The notes: a model not told the origin generated them from the sequence alone. A DNA stretch of 52,379 nt from Candidatus Sumerlaeota bacterium (GCA_016931135.1 JAFGFK010000356.1:1-52379), one strand, 5' to 3'; positions 30,424-40,253 are shown, counted from the first letter of the stretch. A program made the numbers and translations.

Positions 30424-30896
30424 TGCAACATATCATTACCGCTTTGGTTGAAAACCGCTTCGGAGTTCTGGCGAATATCTCGAGTCTCTTTTCCGCCAGA
30501 GGATTCAATATCGACAGCCTGGCTGTGGGAGAAACGCACGATCCCTCCATCAGCCGCATGACGATAGTCGTAACCGGCGACGATCGCATCATTCAGCAGG
30601 TTATGAAACAATTGAACAAGATGATCGATACCATCCGCGTGAGCGATCTCACGGAAGAAGCGCACGTGGAACGGGAATTGATGCTGATCAAGATGGGACA
30701 TACCCCCAAAACCCGTGCGGAAATCGTGCAGCTTGTCGAGATATTCAAAGGACGGATCATTGATTTCAATCCGAGAGATTTGTCAGTGGAAATCGTCGGC
30801 TCCTCGGATAAAATTCTGGCGTTCATGGATATCATGAGATCGTTCGGAATCAAGGAAGTCGCCCGCACAGGACGCGTTGCCCTGCCAAGGGGTTAA
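30423..30896 (+). CDS. ilvN: Acetolactate synthase, small (regulatory) subunit
   Basis: ATGA stop/start overlap with ilvB. ACT domain: [36 protein letters not shown]. Confidence 0.92.
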   Translation: MQHIITALVENRFGVLANISSLFSARGFNIDSLAVGETHDPSISRMTIVVTGDDRIIQQVMKQLNKMIDTIRVSDLTEEAHVERELMLIKMGHTPKTRAEIVQLVEIFKGRIIDFNPRDLSVEIVGSSDKILAFMDIMRSFGIKEVARTGRVALPRG

Positions 30897-30925
30897 AAAA
30901 TATTTATCGGGAAAGGAGAATGAGC

Positions 30926-31918
30926 ATGGTCAAGGTATATTACGATAAGGATGCGGATCTCAAGATTTTGAAAAACAAGACCGTTGCCATTGTAGGTTAC
31001 GGGAGCCAGGGGCACGCCCAGGCGCAAAACCTGCGCGACAGCGGCGTAAATGTCATCGTTTCCGAACTCGAAGGCACGGACAATTACAAACTGGCAAAGG
31101 AACACGGCTTCGAGCCAATGAGCGCGGATGAGGCGGCGAAAAAGGCGGACATCATCCAGATGCTGGTTCCGGATGACGTGCAGGCGAAAATCTACCACGG
31201 CGCCATCAAGCAGCACATGAAAAAAGGAAAAGCCCTTGTATTTTCTCACGGTTTCAACATCCATTTCGGATGCATCGAACCGCCCAAAGAGGTTGACGTG
31301 TTCATGGTCGCGCCCAAAGGGCCCGGGCACCTTGTGAGAAGCGTGTTTGTGGAAGGCGGCGGAGTGCCCTGCCTGATCGCCATCCAGCAGGACCCCTCGA
31401 AGAACGCCAAAAAAATGGCGCTGGCTTACGCCAAAGGGATCGGCGGAACCCGCGCCGGCGTTCTGGATACCACATTCGCGGAAGAAACCGAGACCGATCT
31501 TTTCGGCGAACAGGTGGTTCTGTGCGGCGGGGTAACGCGGCTCGTTATGGCGGGTTTCGAAACCCTGGTCGAAGCGGGCTATCAACCCGAAATCGCCTAT
31601 TTCGAGTGTCTGCACGAATTGAAACTCATCACAGACCTCATGTACAAGGGCGGGATCGCCTATATGCGTTATTCCATCAGCGATACGGCGGAATACGGCG
31701 ATCTATCGCGCGGCGACCGGATTATCCCCGATGAAACGAAAAAGGAAATGCGGAAGATTCTGAAGGAGATTCAAACCGGGGAATTTGCCCGGGAATGGCT
31801 CCTGGAGAACATTGCCGGAAGGCCCAAGTTCAAGGCGCTGCGCAAAAAGGGGCTGGCGCATCCCATCGAGGAAATCGGCAAGAAACTCCGCGACATGATG
31901 AGCTGGCTGAAGAAGTAA
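30926..31918 (+). CDS. ilvC: Ketol-acid reductoisomerase
   Basis: [21 protein letters not shown] Rossmann motif. The GGAG RBS is better spaced for the ATG at 30926 than for 30920. Confidence 0.95.
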   Translation: MVKVYYDKDADLKILKNKTVAIVGYGSQGHAQAQNLRDSGVNVIVSELEGTDNYKLAKEHGFEPMSADEAAKKADIIQMLVPDDVQAKIYHGAIKQHMKKGKALVFSHGFNIHFGCIEPPKEVDVFMVAPKGPGHLVRSVFVEGGGVPCLIAIQQDPSKNAKKMALAYAKGIGGTRAGVLDTTFAEETETDLFGEQVVLCGGVTRLVMAGFETLVEAGYQPEIAYFECLHELKLITDLMYKGGIAYMRYSISDTAEYGDLSRGDRIIPDETKKEMRKILKEIQTGEFAREWLLENIAGRPKFKALRKKGLAHPIEEIGKKLRDMMSWLKK

Positions 31919-31939
31919 CTAATATCCATTCAGGTAATG

Positions 31940-31979
31940 AAAAACGCCGGAAAGGGTTGATCCCATTCCGGCGTTTTTT
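31940..31979. terminator. Bidirectional intrinsic terminator (ilvC / DUF819 gene)
   Basis: Perfect 13-bp stem AAAAACGCCGGAA...TTCCGGCGTTTTT, with an A-tract and a T-tract on both sides. Confidence 0.85.
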
Positions 31980-31993
31980 ATTATCATAACGGA

Positions 31994-33259
31994 TCATCCG
32001 CCGAAGAGGAGTTGGGCGAAGAGCCCGGTTCCGAACAGGGCAAGAAAGGTCCCGATGATATTTCCAACAACAGCCATGAGCAGTCCCACAACGGCAAGGT
32101 TGGGTTGATACGCAGCAGCGACGACCGGCGCGCTGACTGTGCCGCCGATATTCGCCTGGCTGGCTGTGGCTGCGAAAAACATGGGGGCGCGCAAAAGCCG
32201 CGCTCCGATAATCAGAAATACGGCGTGAACGCCTATCCAGATCACGCCCATCACCAGGTACAGGGGAAAGTTGCCAATGGCGTTCAGGTTCGCCTTTGCC
32301 CCGATGCGCGCCAGAACCAGGTACAGAAGGGCGTATCCCACGCGCGAGGCGCCGTAATCTTCCAGATTTCGCGCCCGGGTAAAGGAAAGTCCGATCCCGA
32401 CAAGGGTAACGAGAATTATCAGAATCGTATAACTTCCGACAACAGAAAGGATCGTTTTACTTGTGATGATCGCTTTCAAACCGGATTCCGCCTTGACGCT
32501 TATATAACTGCATAACAAAGTGACAAAAAGGCTGAGCGCCAGCATATAAAGAAACTTGTCCGTTTTCAGGCGTTTGGATCCTTTTTCCTGAATATCCTTC
32601 ATCCTGAGATTCACCTCTTCGATCATCCGCGTGTCCGCTTTATTCCAGGCGTCGAATTTCTTTTGAAAAGAAGAAAGGGCGATCACGATCGCCATCCAGC
32701 CATAAGCCACGATCACATCCACGGCAATCATGGCGGAATAGATTTCACTCTCGATCGCTGTTTGAGGTTTGCTTGCAACGCTTTCCCAAACCGCAGCCAT
32801 GTTGGCGTTGCCGCCGATCCACGAACCGGAAAGAGCCGCCACGCCCTTCCATAAAACCGGCGCATGGCTTTCCGGAAGCAGGTTCATCATGAAAAAGGGT
32901 TTCAGGGCGAGCATACCCAATACGCCTCCCAGGACAATTCCAACAGAACCGAAAAGCATCATACCGAGGGCGCGGGGGCCAAGCTTGATGATATCGGGAA
33001 TGCTGACGGAAATAAAGAGAAGAAACAGACTTGCGGGAAGGGCAAAATCGGTCAAAAGGGAATATACCGGGGACTTTTTGGGGAAGATTCCAATCGTAGC
33101 AAAAACCATGGGGATAAAATACACCCAGAATACGCAAGGGAGCACATTGAATATGCGTTTAATCCCTTTTATCTCCGCGGCAAAATAAATTCCCGCAACG
33201 ATCATCACGAGGAGCGTAAAAACTCCCATGGGATTCGATTCAAGGTAACTGTTGATCAT
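31994..33259 (-). CDS. Polytopic membrane protein, DUF819 family
   Basis: About 12 TM helices. The overall pattern resembles DUF819/YjcL-type transporters. ATGA overlap with the upstream pfkA. Confidence 0.7.
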   Translation of the reverse strand: MINSYLESNPMGVFTLLVMIVAGIYFAAEIKGIKRIFNVLPCVFWVYFIPMVFATIGIFPKKSPVYSLLTDFALPASLFLLFISVSIPDIIKLGPRALGMMLFGSVGIVLGGVLGMLALKPFFMMNLLPESHAPVLWKGVAALSGSWIGGNANMAAVWESVASKPQTAIESEIYSAMIAVDVIVAYGWMAIVIALSSFQKKFDAWNKADTRMIEEVNLRMKDIQEKGSKRLKTDKFLYMLALSLFVTLLCSYISVKAESGLKAIITSKTILSVVGSYTILIILVTLVGIGLSFTRARNLEDYGASRVGYALLYLVLARIGAKANLNAIGNFPLYLVMGVIWIGVHAVFLIIGARLLRAPMFFAATASQANIGGTVSAPVVAAAYQPNLAVVGLLMAVVGNIIGTFLALFGTGLFAQLLFGG

Positions 33260-34335
33260 GATTTATCCTTTTGGCGTTTGTCAATTTCACGGGAGCCGAA
33301 ACTGGTTCCAACGGAAACTGCGGAACGGATCAGGGGATGATCCAGGGGAACGCGTTTTAAACCTTTTGTTGCCTGAGATATGGGAACGGAGACAAAGTCG
33401 TTGCCCTGGATCGCCGCCATTTCTCCGAAACGTCCCTCCATCACCAGATCGACCGCCTTTACAGCAAATTGCGTGGCAAGAATGCGATCGAACGCCGTGG
33501 GAGGTCCGCCTCTTTGCAGATGCCCCAGAATCACGGGTCTTGTTTCAATTCCGGTTTCCTTTTCGATCAAGCTGGAGAGATAACGCGCAATTTCCTTTTG
33601 GGGGGCGTTCTTGTCATTTGGTTTCACCCCTTCCGCAACAACCACGATGCTGAACCTTTTTCCTTTTCTGCTGCGCTCCAGCGCGCAATCGAATATCGCC
33701 TGTTCCTCATAAGGCGTCTCCGGGATCAGGATGACATCGCCTCCTCCGGCAACGCCCGCAACGAGGGCGAGCCACCCCACATCCCGCCCCATGACCTCTA
33801 CAACAAGCGCCCGGTGATGGGACATGGCTGTGGAATGAAGGTTGTCGATCGCCTCCATGATGATGGTCACCGCGCTGTTGAAGCCAAAGGTGACATCGGT
33901 TTCCATCAGATCATTATCTATGGTTTTGGGAATTCCGACTACGGGGAATCCGTGAGTATGAAGTTTCTGAGCCATGCGCTGGGTGCCATCGCCTCCGGTA
34001 CAGATCAGGGCGTCGATTTTCATGGAAGAGAACGCCTCTTCGAAAATGGAGTAGTCGCCTTCCTTCGTACCGGCTGCTTCAAAGACATCGCCGCGAGCGG
34101 TTCCGAGGATCGTGCCGCCAACAGCGAGGATTCCGGAGGCGTCACGATTGGTGAGAATCTTTCCGCGTTCATCCCCTTTGTACGTCACCATACCTACAAA
34201 GCCGTCGCGTATTCCGAAAACCTCGACGCCATAATCATTCTGAGCGGTTTTGACTACCCCCCTGATGACGGCGTTAAGGCCGGGACAATCGCCGCCAGCG
34301 GTGACAATTCCGATGCGTTGAATTCGTCTTTTCAA
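33256..34335 (-). CDS. pfkA: 6-phosphofructokinase (phosphoryl donor not resolved: GGDGT together with PKTIDND)
   Basis: IGIVTAGGDCPGLNAVIRG, CTGGDGT, PKTIDNDL, LGHLQRGG. Confidence 0.9.
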   Translation of the reverse strand: MKRRIQRIGIVTAGGDCPGLNAVIRGVVKTAQNDYGVEVFGIRDGFVGMVTYKGDERGKILTNRDASGILAVGGTILGTARGDVFEAAGTKEGDYSIFEEAFSSMKIDALICTGGDGTQRMAQKLHTHGFPVVGIPKTIDNDLMETDVTFGFNSAVTIIMEAIDNLHSTAMSHHRALVVEVMGRDVGWLALVAGVAGGGDVILIPETPYEEQAIFDCALERSRKGKRFSIVVVAEGVKPNDKNAPQKEIARYLSSLIEKETGIETRPVILGHLQRGGPPTAFDRILATQFAVKAVDLVMEGRFGEMAAIQGNDFVSVPISQATKGLKRVPLDHPLIRSAVSVGTSFGSREIDKRQKDKS

Positions 34336-34497
34336 CTTTTCCCCCTTTGGATAAAATGTAAAATAAATATGAAGATCCCGTTCAAAAGGTCAACCCTTTT
34401 TCCATATAAAAAGCATCCAGCGGGCGCATCTGTCTGCATTTTCTTATTGCCATAAATATTTATTATAAATATAAAAATTTCATTAAAAGGTGAAGAT

Positions 34498-35169
34498 ATG
34501 AAACAGAAAAGTTTCCATGATCGCATGAAAAAAGAAGACGAGCGTCTTCGCAAAAAGGAAAAAACCATTACCCTGGCAAAGAAGATGTACGCCCGCTTCG
34601 GGAACAAGGTGCTGACGTACATGATCAATTATTCCCTTACGGAAAACGGCATGGCTACGTTGTTCAAACTCCTGCATCTGCCCTTGTCGGAAACCTGTAA
34701 AGAGGAGGATCAGCATCTGGCGGTAGTGGAATGGCTGAACAAGAACGGCGAACGCAGTTTCCTGGAGACGCATCGCATGGAAAAATTTGACAGTGATTTC
34801 GATTACGACATTGCGCCTGTGATAACGGAAGATGCGAAAAAGCCCTTGTATGCGCCGATTGAAACCACGAAAAAAGAAGAGGGACTGCCAAAGCCCGCCC
34901 AGGAAAAACCGCCAGTCATGCCACAAAAACCGATCGCCTCGCCCATTGTCACGCCCGCCATTCCGTTAACCGCTTCATCCTTCCCAAAACAACCGGCGAC
35001 TTTCCCGCAGGACAAGAAAGGGAACACAGGGGAGCGGAGAAGCGGGAAGGAGCGGCGGCATAAACCCGATCGCCGGGCGGATGTGGAGCTGATCTTCAAA
35101 AACAAGCGTTTCGGGGGAGAACGCCGCAGCGGCGAAGACCGCCGCAAAAACTGGAAACCCACCGAGTAA
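34498..35169 (+). CDS. Hypothetical protein with a Pro-rich middle and a duplicated Arg-rich C-terminal motif
   Basis: GGTGAAG RBS-like sequence upstream. GERRSGKERR...GERRSGEDRR is duplicated at the peptide level with different codons. No family recognised. Confidence 0.45.
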   Translation: MKQKSFHDRMKKEDERLRKKEKTITLAKKMYARFGNKVLTYMINYSLTENGMATLFKLLHLPLSETCKEEDQHLAVVEWLNKNGERSFLETHRMEKFDSDFDYDIAPVITEDAKKPLYAPIETTKKEEGLPKPAQEKPPVMPQKPIASPIVTPAIPLTASSFPKQPATFPQDKKGNTGERRSGKERRHKPDRRADVELIFKNKRFGGERRSGEDRRKNWKPTE

Positions 35170-35210
35170 AGAATTCCAAGGAAATTCCAGGAATTCATGA
35201 AGGGGAAAGA

Positions 35211-35414
35211 TCATCCCTTTTTGCCGTATTTTTTTTCGAGATTCTCTAAGGTGGAGGCATCATTGGATTCCGGGGATTGCCTTTCCAATTCCGGGGGAAG
35301 ATCGGGTTCTTTATCCTTTTTTTTCGGGGCGTAAAAAAGAAAATAAATCAATAATCCCAGGGAAACTGATAGCCCTAAAAATATAAAACTCGAAAACCAG
35401 GAAATAACCGGCAT
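35211..35414 (-). CDS. Possible small membrane protein (67 aa)
   Basis: One clear TM helix (WFSSFIFLGLSVSLGLLIYFLFY), then a charged tail. GAGG lies 9 nt upstream of the ATG. No homology recognised. Confidence 0.3.
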   Translation of the reverse strand: MPVISWFSSFIFLGLSVSLGLLIYFLFYAPKKKDKEPDLPPELERQSPESNDASTLENLEKKYGKKG

Positions 35415-35499
35415 GATTTTACCTCACAAGGTATCCACCCTCCTTCGCTGAAGCTACGGAGGGCAAGACATCAAATATCAGATTCTGAATTTAATAGAA

Positions 35500-36366
35500 T
35501 CAATTTGTTTTCGGTGAATACTGTTGGTCATCCACAGCCACGATGCAGATTCCGCTTTCCTCGGCGAGTTGGATGGATTCCTCCATCTGGAAGAAGAGCA
35601 TCTCCCCTGCCGTCATGGCAAGCGCGGCGCCGCCCACGGATTTGATTTTCTGGATGGTAGTGAGTCCGATGGCGGGAATGTCGAAGCGGAAGTCCTGCTG
35701 CGTACGGCTCACCTTGATCGTGATGGAATCCTTGATATGAAGTTGCCCCACGCGTTCCAATACGCCGTTCGTGCCTTCGATCGCCTCAACGGCAATGACC
35801 GCCTTGCGGCGATCGACGACGATGGTTTGTCCGATTTCCGCATCGGCGAGCCATTTGGCGATGGGGTAACCGAAGCGGATGGCTTCTTCTTCATCATTCA
35901 TAAGGCTGCGCTTCCGTGTGAGAAATCCTGGTTTGGGGATGTATTGTTGAAGATAGGGGCGCGTATCCAGGATTTCAATTCCTTCCTGAGCGAGTTCCTG
36001 TTCAACGGCTTTGAAAATGCTTTTTGGCTTGAAATCGGGAAGATTCATCATCACGAGGATGCTTCTGAGGTCGTAATTCAGGGGATTGAGTGAGAGTTTC
36101 TGATTGATGCGTCCGATCATCGCCACATGGTTGATGCCTTCTGATTTGCAGATTTTGATCATGCGGCTGAAGCGTCCGAGTTTGAACCAGTGGATGGCGT
36201 CGGCGAACTGTTCGATATCGGGCGATGTGATATCCTCGATTCCGAGGATGGTGACATGGCGCCCCAGGGCGCGAGCGCCTTGAGCCACATACATGGGGGG
36301 TTTGCCTTCCCCTGCGATGATTCCGATTTTATCCGGCGGCATGATGATCTCCCTTTGACGTTTCAA
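35500..36366 (-). CDS. lpxI: UDP-2,3-diacylglucosamine diphosphatase LpxI (DUF1009 family)
   Basis: KIGIIAGEGKPPMYVAQGA N-terminus; 288 aa; lies directly downstream of fabZ and lpxC. An alternative start is at 36342. Confidence 0.8.
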   Translation of the reverse strand: MKRQREIIMPPDKIGIIAGEGKPPMYVAQGARALGRHVTILGIEDITSPDIEQFADAIHWFKLGRFSRMIKICKSEGINHVAMIGRINQKLSLNPLNYDLRSILVMMNLPDFKPKSIFKAVEQELAQEGIEILDTRPYLQQYIPKPGFLTRKRSLMNDEEEAIRFGYPIAKWLADAEIGQTIVVDRRKAVIAVEAIEGTNGVLERVGQLHIKDSITIKVSRTQQDFRFDIPAIGLTTIQKIKSVGGAALAMTAGEMLFFQMEESIQLAEESGICIVAVDDQQYSPKTN

Positions 36367-36380
36367 GATGTGACAAACGG

Positions 36381-36842
36381 CTATTTCCCTAATGGAGCGA
36401 AGGCGAAAGATATTTCAGCTTCCGCTGCGACCTGTCCATTGACCGAAGCAACGCCCTTCACCTTGCCAAAGCTGCTTTTGATCCTGATGACGGTGAGTTC
36501 AAGATCAAGGCGGTCTCCCGGAACGACCGGTTTACGGAACTTGGCGTTTTCAATACCCATGAAGTAAGCGATGCGCCCCTGGTTTTCCGGTTTTGCGAGA
36601 ATGTAAACCGCGCCCAGTTGAGCCAGCGCCTCAACGATCAACACCCCCGGCATAATGGGTTTTCCGGGAAAATGACCCTGAAAAAAATGTTCATTCGCGG
36701 ATAGATTCTTGTAACCTCTGATAATGGCGTCATCCTTTATCTCCAGCACCCTGTCAACAAGTAAAAAGGGATAGCGATGGGGAATGATTTCCTGAATCTG
36801 TTCCATATCCAGGGGGGGGGCGTAAATTTTCGGTTCACTCAT
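36381..36842 (-). CDS. fabZ: 3-hydroxyacyl-ACP dehydratase FabZ
   Basis: IPHRYPFLLVDRV...GHFPGKPIMPGVLIVEALAQ. Confidence 0.95.
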   Translation of the reverse strand: MSEPKIYAPPLDMEQIQEIIPHRYPFLLVDRVLEIKDDAIIRGYKNLSANEHFFQGHFPGKPIMPGVLIVEALAQLGAVYILAKPENQGRIAYFMGIENAKFRKPVVPGDRLDLELTVIRIKSSFGKVKGVASVNGQVAAEAEISFAFAPLGK

Positions 36843-37674
36843 AACTATTCATCTCCATAATCCATTTTTTGACAAACAGGGCATGAGAAAAATGCCCGCT
36901 TTTTTTAGCCGTGACATGGGCGCGTACCGGAGCGCCCAGGAGATACAGATCGCCGATGACGTCCATGATTTTGTGCCGTACCGGTTCATCGGGAAAACGG
37001 AGCGTACCGCGGAGGAGCCCCTGTTCTCCAAAAACCAGTGCGGAATTTTCATCTGCGCCTTTCAAAAGACCGTTTCGGATCATGAGTTCCACATCGTTTT
37101 CAAAACAAAATGTTCGCGCCGGGGCGATTTCCTCCAGGAAAGACTCCGGCGTAACCTCGAGGGAGAAGGATTGATTCCCGACCACAGGGTTGGGATAGGA
37201 CGCAAAGAAAGTGACGCGGAAAGAATCGGAGGGAAAGGCGGTGAGTTCGATATCATCCTTTTTATAAACGAGCGGTTTGTCCAGAGCCATGACCTTTTCG
37301 GGCGCGTCCTGATCCTGCACGCCCGCTTCCTGGATAAGGGAAACGATGAAGGAAGCACTGCCATCCTCGAAAGGCGGTTCCACGTTATCCAGTTCCACGA
37401 TCAGGTTGTGGACGCCAAAGGCGTGAAAGCAAGCCAAGAGATGTTCGATCAATTGAACAAAGGCGCCGTTTTCAGTGGAAACGCAGCTGCACATGAAGGG
37501 CATCTCGCGGAAGAAATCGATCTGCGCGGGGATAACGGGATTGCCGGGGAGATCGACTCTTCTGAAAAGGACGCCGGAATCCGGAGGAGCGGGCAGAAAA
37601 GCGAGATGGGTATCTTTTCCCGTGTGCAATCCTTTTGATTTATATTCCACTTTCTTTTTGATCGTTCTTTGCAT
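36835..37674 (-). CDS. lpxC: UDP-3-O-acyl-GlcNAc deacetylase
   Basis: QRTIKKKVEYKSKGLHTGKDT...EHLLACF...HKIMDVIGDLYLLG. 8-nt overlap with fabZ. Confidence 0.93.
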   Translation of the reverse strand: MQRTIKKKVEYKSKGLHTGKDTHLAFLPAPPDSGVLFRRVDLPGNPVIPAQIDFFREMPFMCSCVSTENGAFVQLIEHLLACFHAFGVHNLIVELDNVEPPFEDGSASFIVSLIQEAGVQDQDAPEKVMALDKPLVYKKDDIELTAFPSDSFRVTFFASYPNPVVGNQSFSLEVTPESFLEEIAPARTFCFENDVELMIRNGLLKGADENSALVFGEQGLLRGTLRFPDEPVRHKIMDVIGDLYLLGAPVRAHVTAKKSGHFSHALFVKKWIMEMNSYE

Positions 37675-37814
37675 CAGGTTTCTTTTTTCAATCCAAAACC
37701 CGGTCGTTCACCTCAAATAATTAATGTTGTTTACATATTTGTTTCGGAAGTCCTTCTGTCAATACTTTTTTCTCCGAGGCGGAGCATGGGGAGTTCCTTT
37801 TTTACACTTATTAC

Positions 37815-37830
37815 AGAGTCTGACCCCAAT
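37815..37830. repeat. Solo GGGGTCA box (16-mer identical to 21299-21314, opposite strand)
   Basis: AGAGTCTGACCCCAAT is the exact reverse complement of ATTGGGGTCAGACTCT at 21299-21314. It lies in the lpxC/MBL divergent intergenic region. Confidence 0.5.
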
Positions 37831-37892
37831 GTTAAGGAGAAAATAGAGTTGACAAAAATCAAAAACAAAATGAGAAAAGTATTACAATAATT

Positions 37893-38666
37893 ATGGAGCA
37901 AGGCATGATACCAAATCGCAGTCCTTTATCTTTTTTAGTTCTTGGCATTGGCGATTTTTTTTCGAAATTATATTATCATACGCATTTTATCATTTATGCG
38001 GATGAAAACCCGGTATTGGTGGATTGTCCCGATCCGCTTCCCAAGGCGCTCTACGAGGCGTCTCAAAAATCCGGGATCGAAATCAGCCTGGACGATATCG
38101 ACCATGTGATTCTCACCCATTTGCACGGGGATCATTCAAACGGTCTCGAGAGCCTGGGATTCTATAATTATTTCGTGCTAAAAAGAAAACCCGTGATTCA
38201 TACCATCCCCGAGGTAAAAGAGGCGATGTGGGTTAACAAGCTGAAAGCCTCGATGTCGCCGATAACAAACGATAAGTTCGAGAAAACCGGGGAATTTCAG
38301 CTGGGGGACTTTTTCCGCCTTAAAATGCTTCCTCCCGGGAAAACTTCCACGATAAAGGGCATGAAAATCCGGATTCGTTATACAAGGCATTATATTCCCT
38401 GTTTCGGATTCAAGGTTCATTACAAGGGACGCTGCCTGGGGTACAGCTCGGATACGGTTTTCGATCCGGAGCATATCGGATTTTTAAGCGATTGCGACCT
38501 GATCCTTCACGAGACGAATCATGGAGGACACACAAAATATGAGATGTTGGAATCTCTTCCCCCATCCATCAGGAAAAAAATCCGGCTGATCCACATATAT
38601 GACGAATTCGACGTGAAGAAGACCTGTATGCCTGTAGTGGAGCAAGGGAAATTATACCATGTCTGA
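37893..38666 (+). CDS. MBL-fold metallo-hydrolase
   Basis: HVILTHLHGDHSNG (HxHxDH) motif. An alternative start is at 37905. Confidence 0.8.
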   Translation: MEQGMIPNRSPLSFLVLGIGDFFSKLYYHTHFIIYADENPVLVDCPDPLPKALYEASQKSGIEISLDDIDHVILTHLHGDHSNGLESLGFYNYFVLKRKPVIHTIPEVKEAMWVNKLKASMSPITNDKFEKTGEFQLGDFFRLKMLPPGKTSTIKGMKIRIRYTRHYIPCFGFKVHYKGRCLGYSSDTVFDPEHIGFLSDCDLILHETNHGGHTKYEMLESLPPSIRKKIRLIHIYDEFDVKKTCMPVVEQGKLYHV

Positions 38667-39237
38667 GAAAAACGCCAACGGGCGGAATCTGTGCATTTTC
38701 GGGGGGACATTCGATCCTCCTCATATCAGCCATACTCTGGGATGTTTATACGCCCTGGAGACATGCGGGATTGATCGAATCCTTGTAATTCCGTGTCATC
38801 ATCATCCGCTGGGAAAGAACGCCACGCCCTTTCATCATCGTGCGGCAATGTGCCGCCTGGCAATGGAGAATCTTTTTTCAAAGGTCGAGGTTTCGGAAAT
38901 GGAATCGGAACGTCCGGGGCCCAGTTATACAATAGATACATTGAAGATCATCCGGGAGAAGAATCCCATGGACAATCTTCACATCATGATCGGTTCGGAT
39001 ATTTTGAAGGAAACAAGGCTCTGGAAATCGTTCGATGAGATAGAGCGGATGGCGCAATTCATCATCCTCCCCCGGCCTGTTTTTGACAGGAAAGAACCCG
39101 GGGAAAGGGAGGAATTCACGCTACCGGATATCAGCAGCACGCGGATCAGGGAGATATTGAAGGAAGGCGGGGATGCGTCCCGGTTTCTTTCCGTGAGGGT
39201 ACTGGAATATATCAGGGAGCATCATCTGTATATGTGA
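38659..39237 (+). CDS. nadD: Nicotinate-nucleotide adenylyltransferase
   Basis: IFGGTFDPPHISH and ISSTRIRE motifs. 8-nt overlap with the MBL gene. Confidence 0.92.
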   Translation: MSEKNANGRNLCIFGGTFDPPHISHTLGCLYALETCGIDRILVIPCHHHPLGKNATPFHHRAAMCRLAMENLFSKVEVSEMESERPGPSYTIDTLKIIREKNPMDNLHIMIGSDILKETRLWKSFDEIERMAQFIILPRPVFDRKEPGEREEFTLPDISSTRIREILKEGGDASRFLSVRVLEYIREHHLYM

Positions 39238-39253
39238 AGCGGCGCCTCAATGC

Positions 39254-39385
39254 AATCGGGGGTCAATCCCTATAAAAATCCAGGTATTTTACGGAAATAT
39301 TATGCTAAAGCATAGATACAGCGCTTCCCATCATTACAGATATCCTTATCATTATAATGGATTTTTATAGAGAATGACCCCATAA
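39254..39385. repeat. Inner palindromic GGGGTCA-box module, copy 2
   Basis: The 29-nt left arm and 28-nt right arm are identical to 6745-6773 and 6847-6874. The 75-nt interior is unrelated to that of copy 1. The module starts 17 nt after the nadD stop. Confidence 0.75.
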
Positions 39386-39441
39386 TGCAACCAATTTGCC
39401 AAACTACTGTAAATTCAAAATGCAAAAACAGGGTAATAAAA

Positions 39442-40158
39442 TTAATAGATACTTAAAACATTCAAGAGCTCGGTAAGCCGGAGGATCATGAAGTCGGGTT
39501 GAATGTCGAATTCCCCGGGAATGGAGTGATTCTGAGGATTGAACCATACTGCGCGCCCCGCTCCCGCCATGATGGCGCCGACAATATCATCCTTGAAATT
39601 GTCTCCTATACAGGTGATATCGCGGGGATGGACTCCTGATTTTTCAAACGCCATTTCAAAAAAGGCGTGCGAGGGTTTGCTGCATTTCGCATCGTCAACC
39701 GTCACCATGAAATCGACATAATCCTTCAACTGGGAGCAGTCCAGTTTCCACTTCTGGACATCGAGCGAGCCGTTTGTGATGACGCCGATGGTAAAAACAG
39801 GGCGCAGGGCGCCGAGCGCTTCTATGGCGCCCTCCACGAGACATATCCTTCCCCTGTAAAGGGCGAGATATTCCTCACTGAGCATATGGGGAGAGAGATG
39901 ATCGATACGGGAGGATTTCAGTGATCGGGCGAATCTTTGTATGCGCATTTCATCGAGGCTGACCAGTTTATTGGCATAGTCATTCCACGCCTCCTGGTTG
40001 AAATAGTGATAATAGCGGTAAAACGTCAGAAAATCGATTTCATGGTGAACGCAAATATCCTCGATTGCGGATTTTTGCGCCTTCTGGTGATCCCAGAGGG
40101 TGTCATCCAGATCGAACAGCAGGGCTTTTTTCTTTTGACGTTTCACGGAATAAACCAT
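39442..40158 (-). CDS. HAD-superfamily hydrolase (subfamily IA-like)
   Basis: LLFDLDDTLWD motif I, ITNG motif II and GDNFKDD motif IV. Confidence 0.85.
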   Translation of the reverse strand: MVYSVKRQKKKALLFDLDDTLWDHQKAQKSAIEDICVHHEIDFLTFYRYYHYFNQEAWNDYANKLVSLDEMRIQRFARSLKSSRIDHLSPHMLSEEYLALYRGRICLVEGAIEALGALRPVFTIGVITNGSLDVQKWKLDCSQLKDYVDFMVTVDDAKCSKPSHAFFEMAFEKSGVHPRDITCIGDNFKDDIVGAIMAGAGRAVWFNPQNHSIPGEFDIQPDFMILRLTELLNVLSIY

Positions 40159-40253
40159 ATTTCCTGTTGACTCTTTGCGAAAACTTTAAGAAATCCAATA
40201 AGGATTTCTTTTGAAATTTTGCAACATTATTTCCTTAAATAAACAGGAGTTCT

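Noticed and set aside
33469-34455. Very long antisense ORFs opposite well-supported genes. Examples: 328 aa opposite pfkA, 259 aa at 16798-17577 opposite cdaA, 267 aa at 23636-24439 opposite the HEAT gene, 278 aa at 4474-5310 opposite era/ybeY, 251 aa at 36883-37638 opposite lpxC and 240 aa at 30893-31615 opposite ilvC.
   Set aside because: Their translations are Arg/Gly/Phe-rich and low in complexity, with no motifs or RBS. Each mirrors a gene with clear family signatures. Long open mirror frames are expected when the sense strand avoids TTA, CTA and TCA codons. I do not regard them as overlapping genes.
36812-36820. A G9 (coding-strand C9) homopolymer within codons 8-11 of fabZ, and a G8 run at 43992-43999 in the M50 protease gene.
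   Set aside because: Both encode plausible Pro-Pro and Gly-Gly-Gly stretches in intact frames of conserved genes. fabZ is essential, so a phase-variable tract is improbable. I note them only as possible sequencing-error hot spots.
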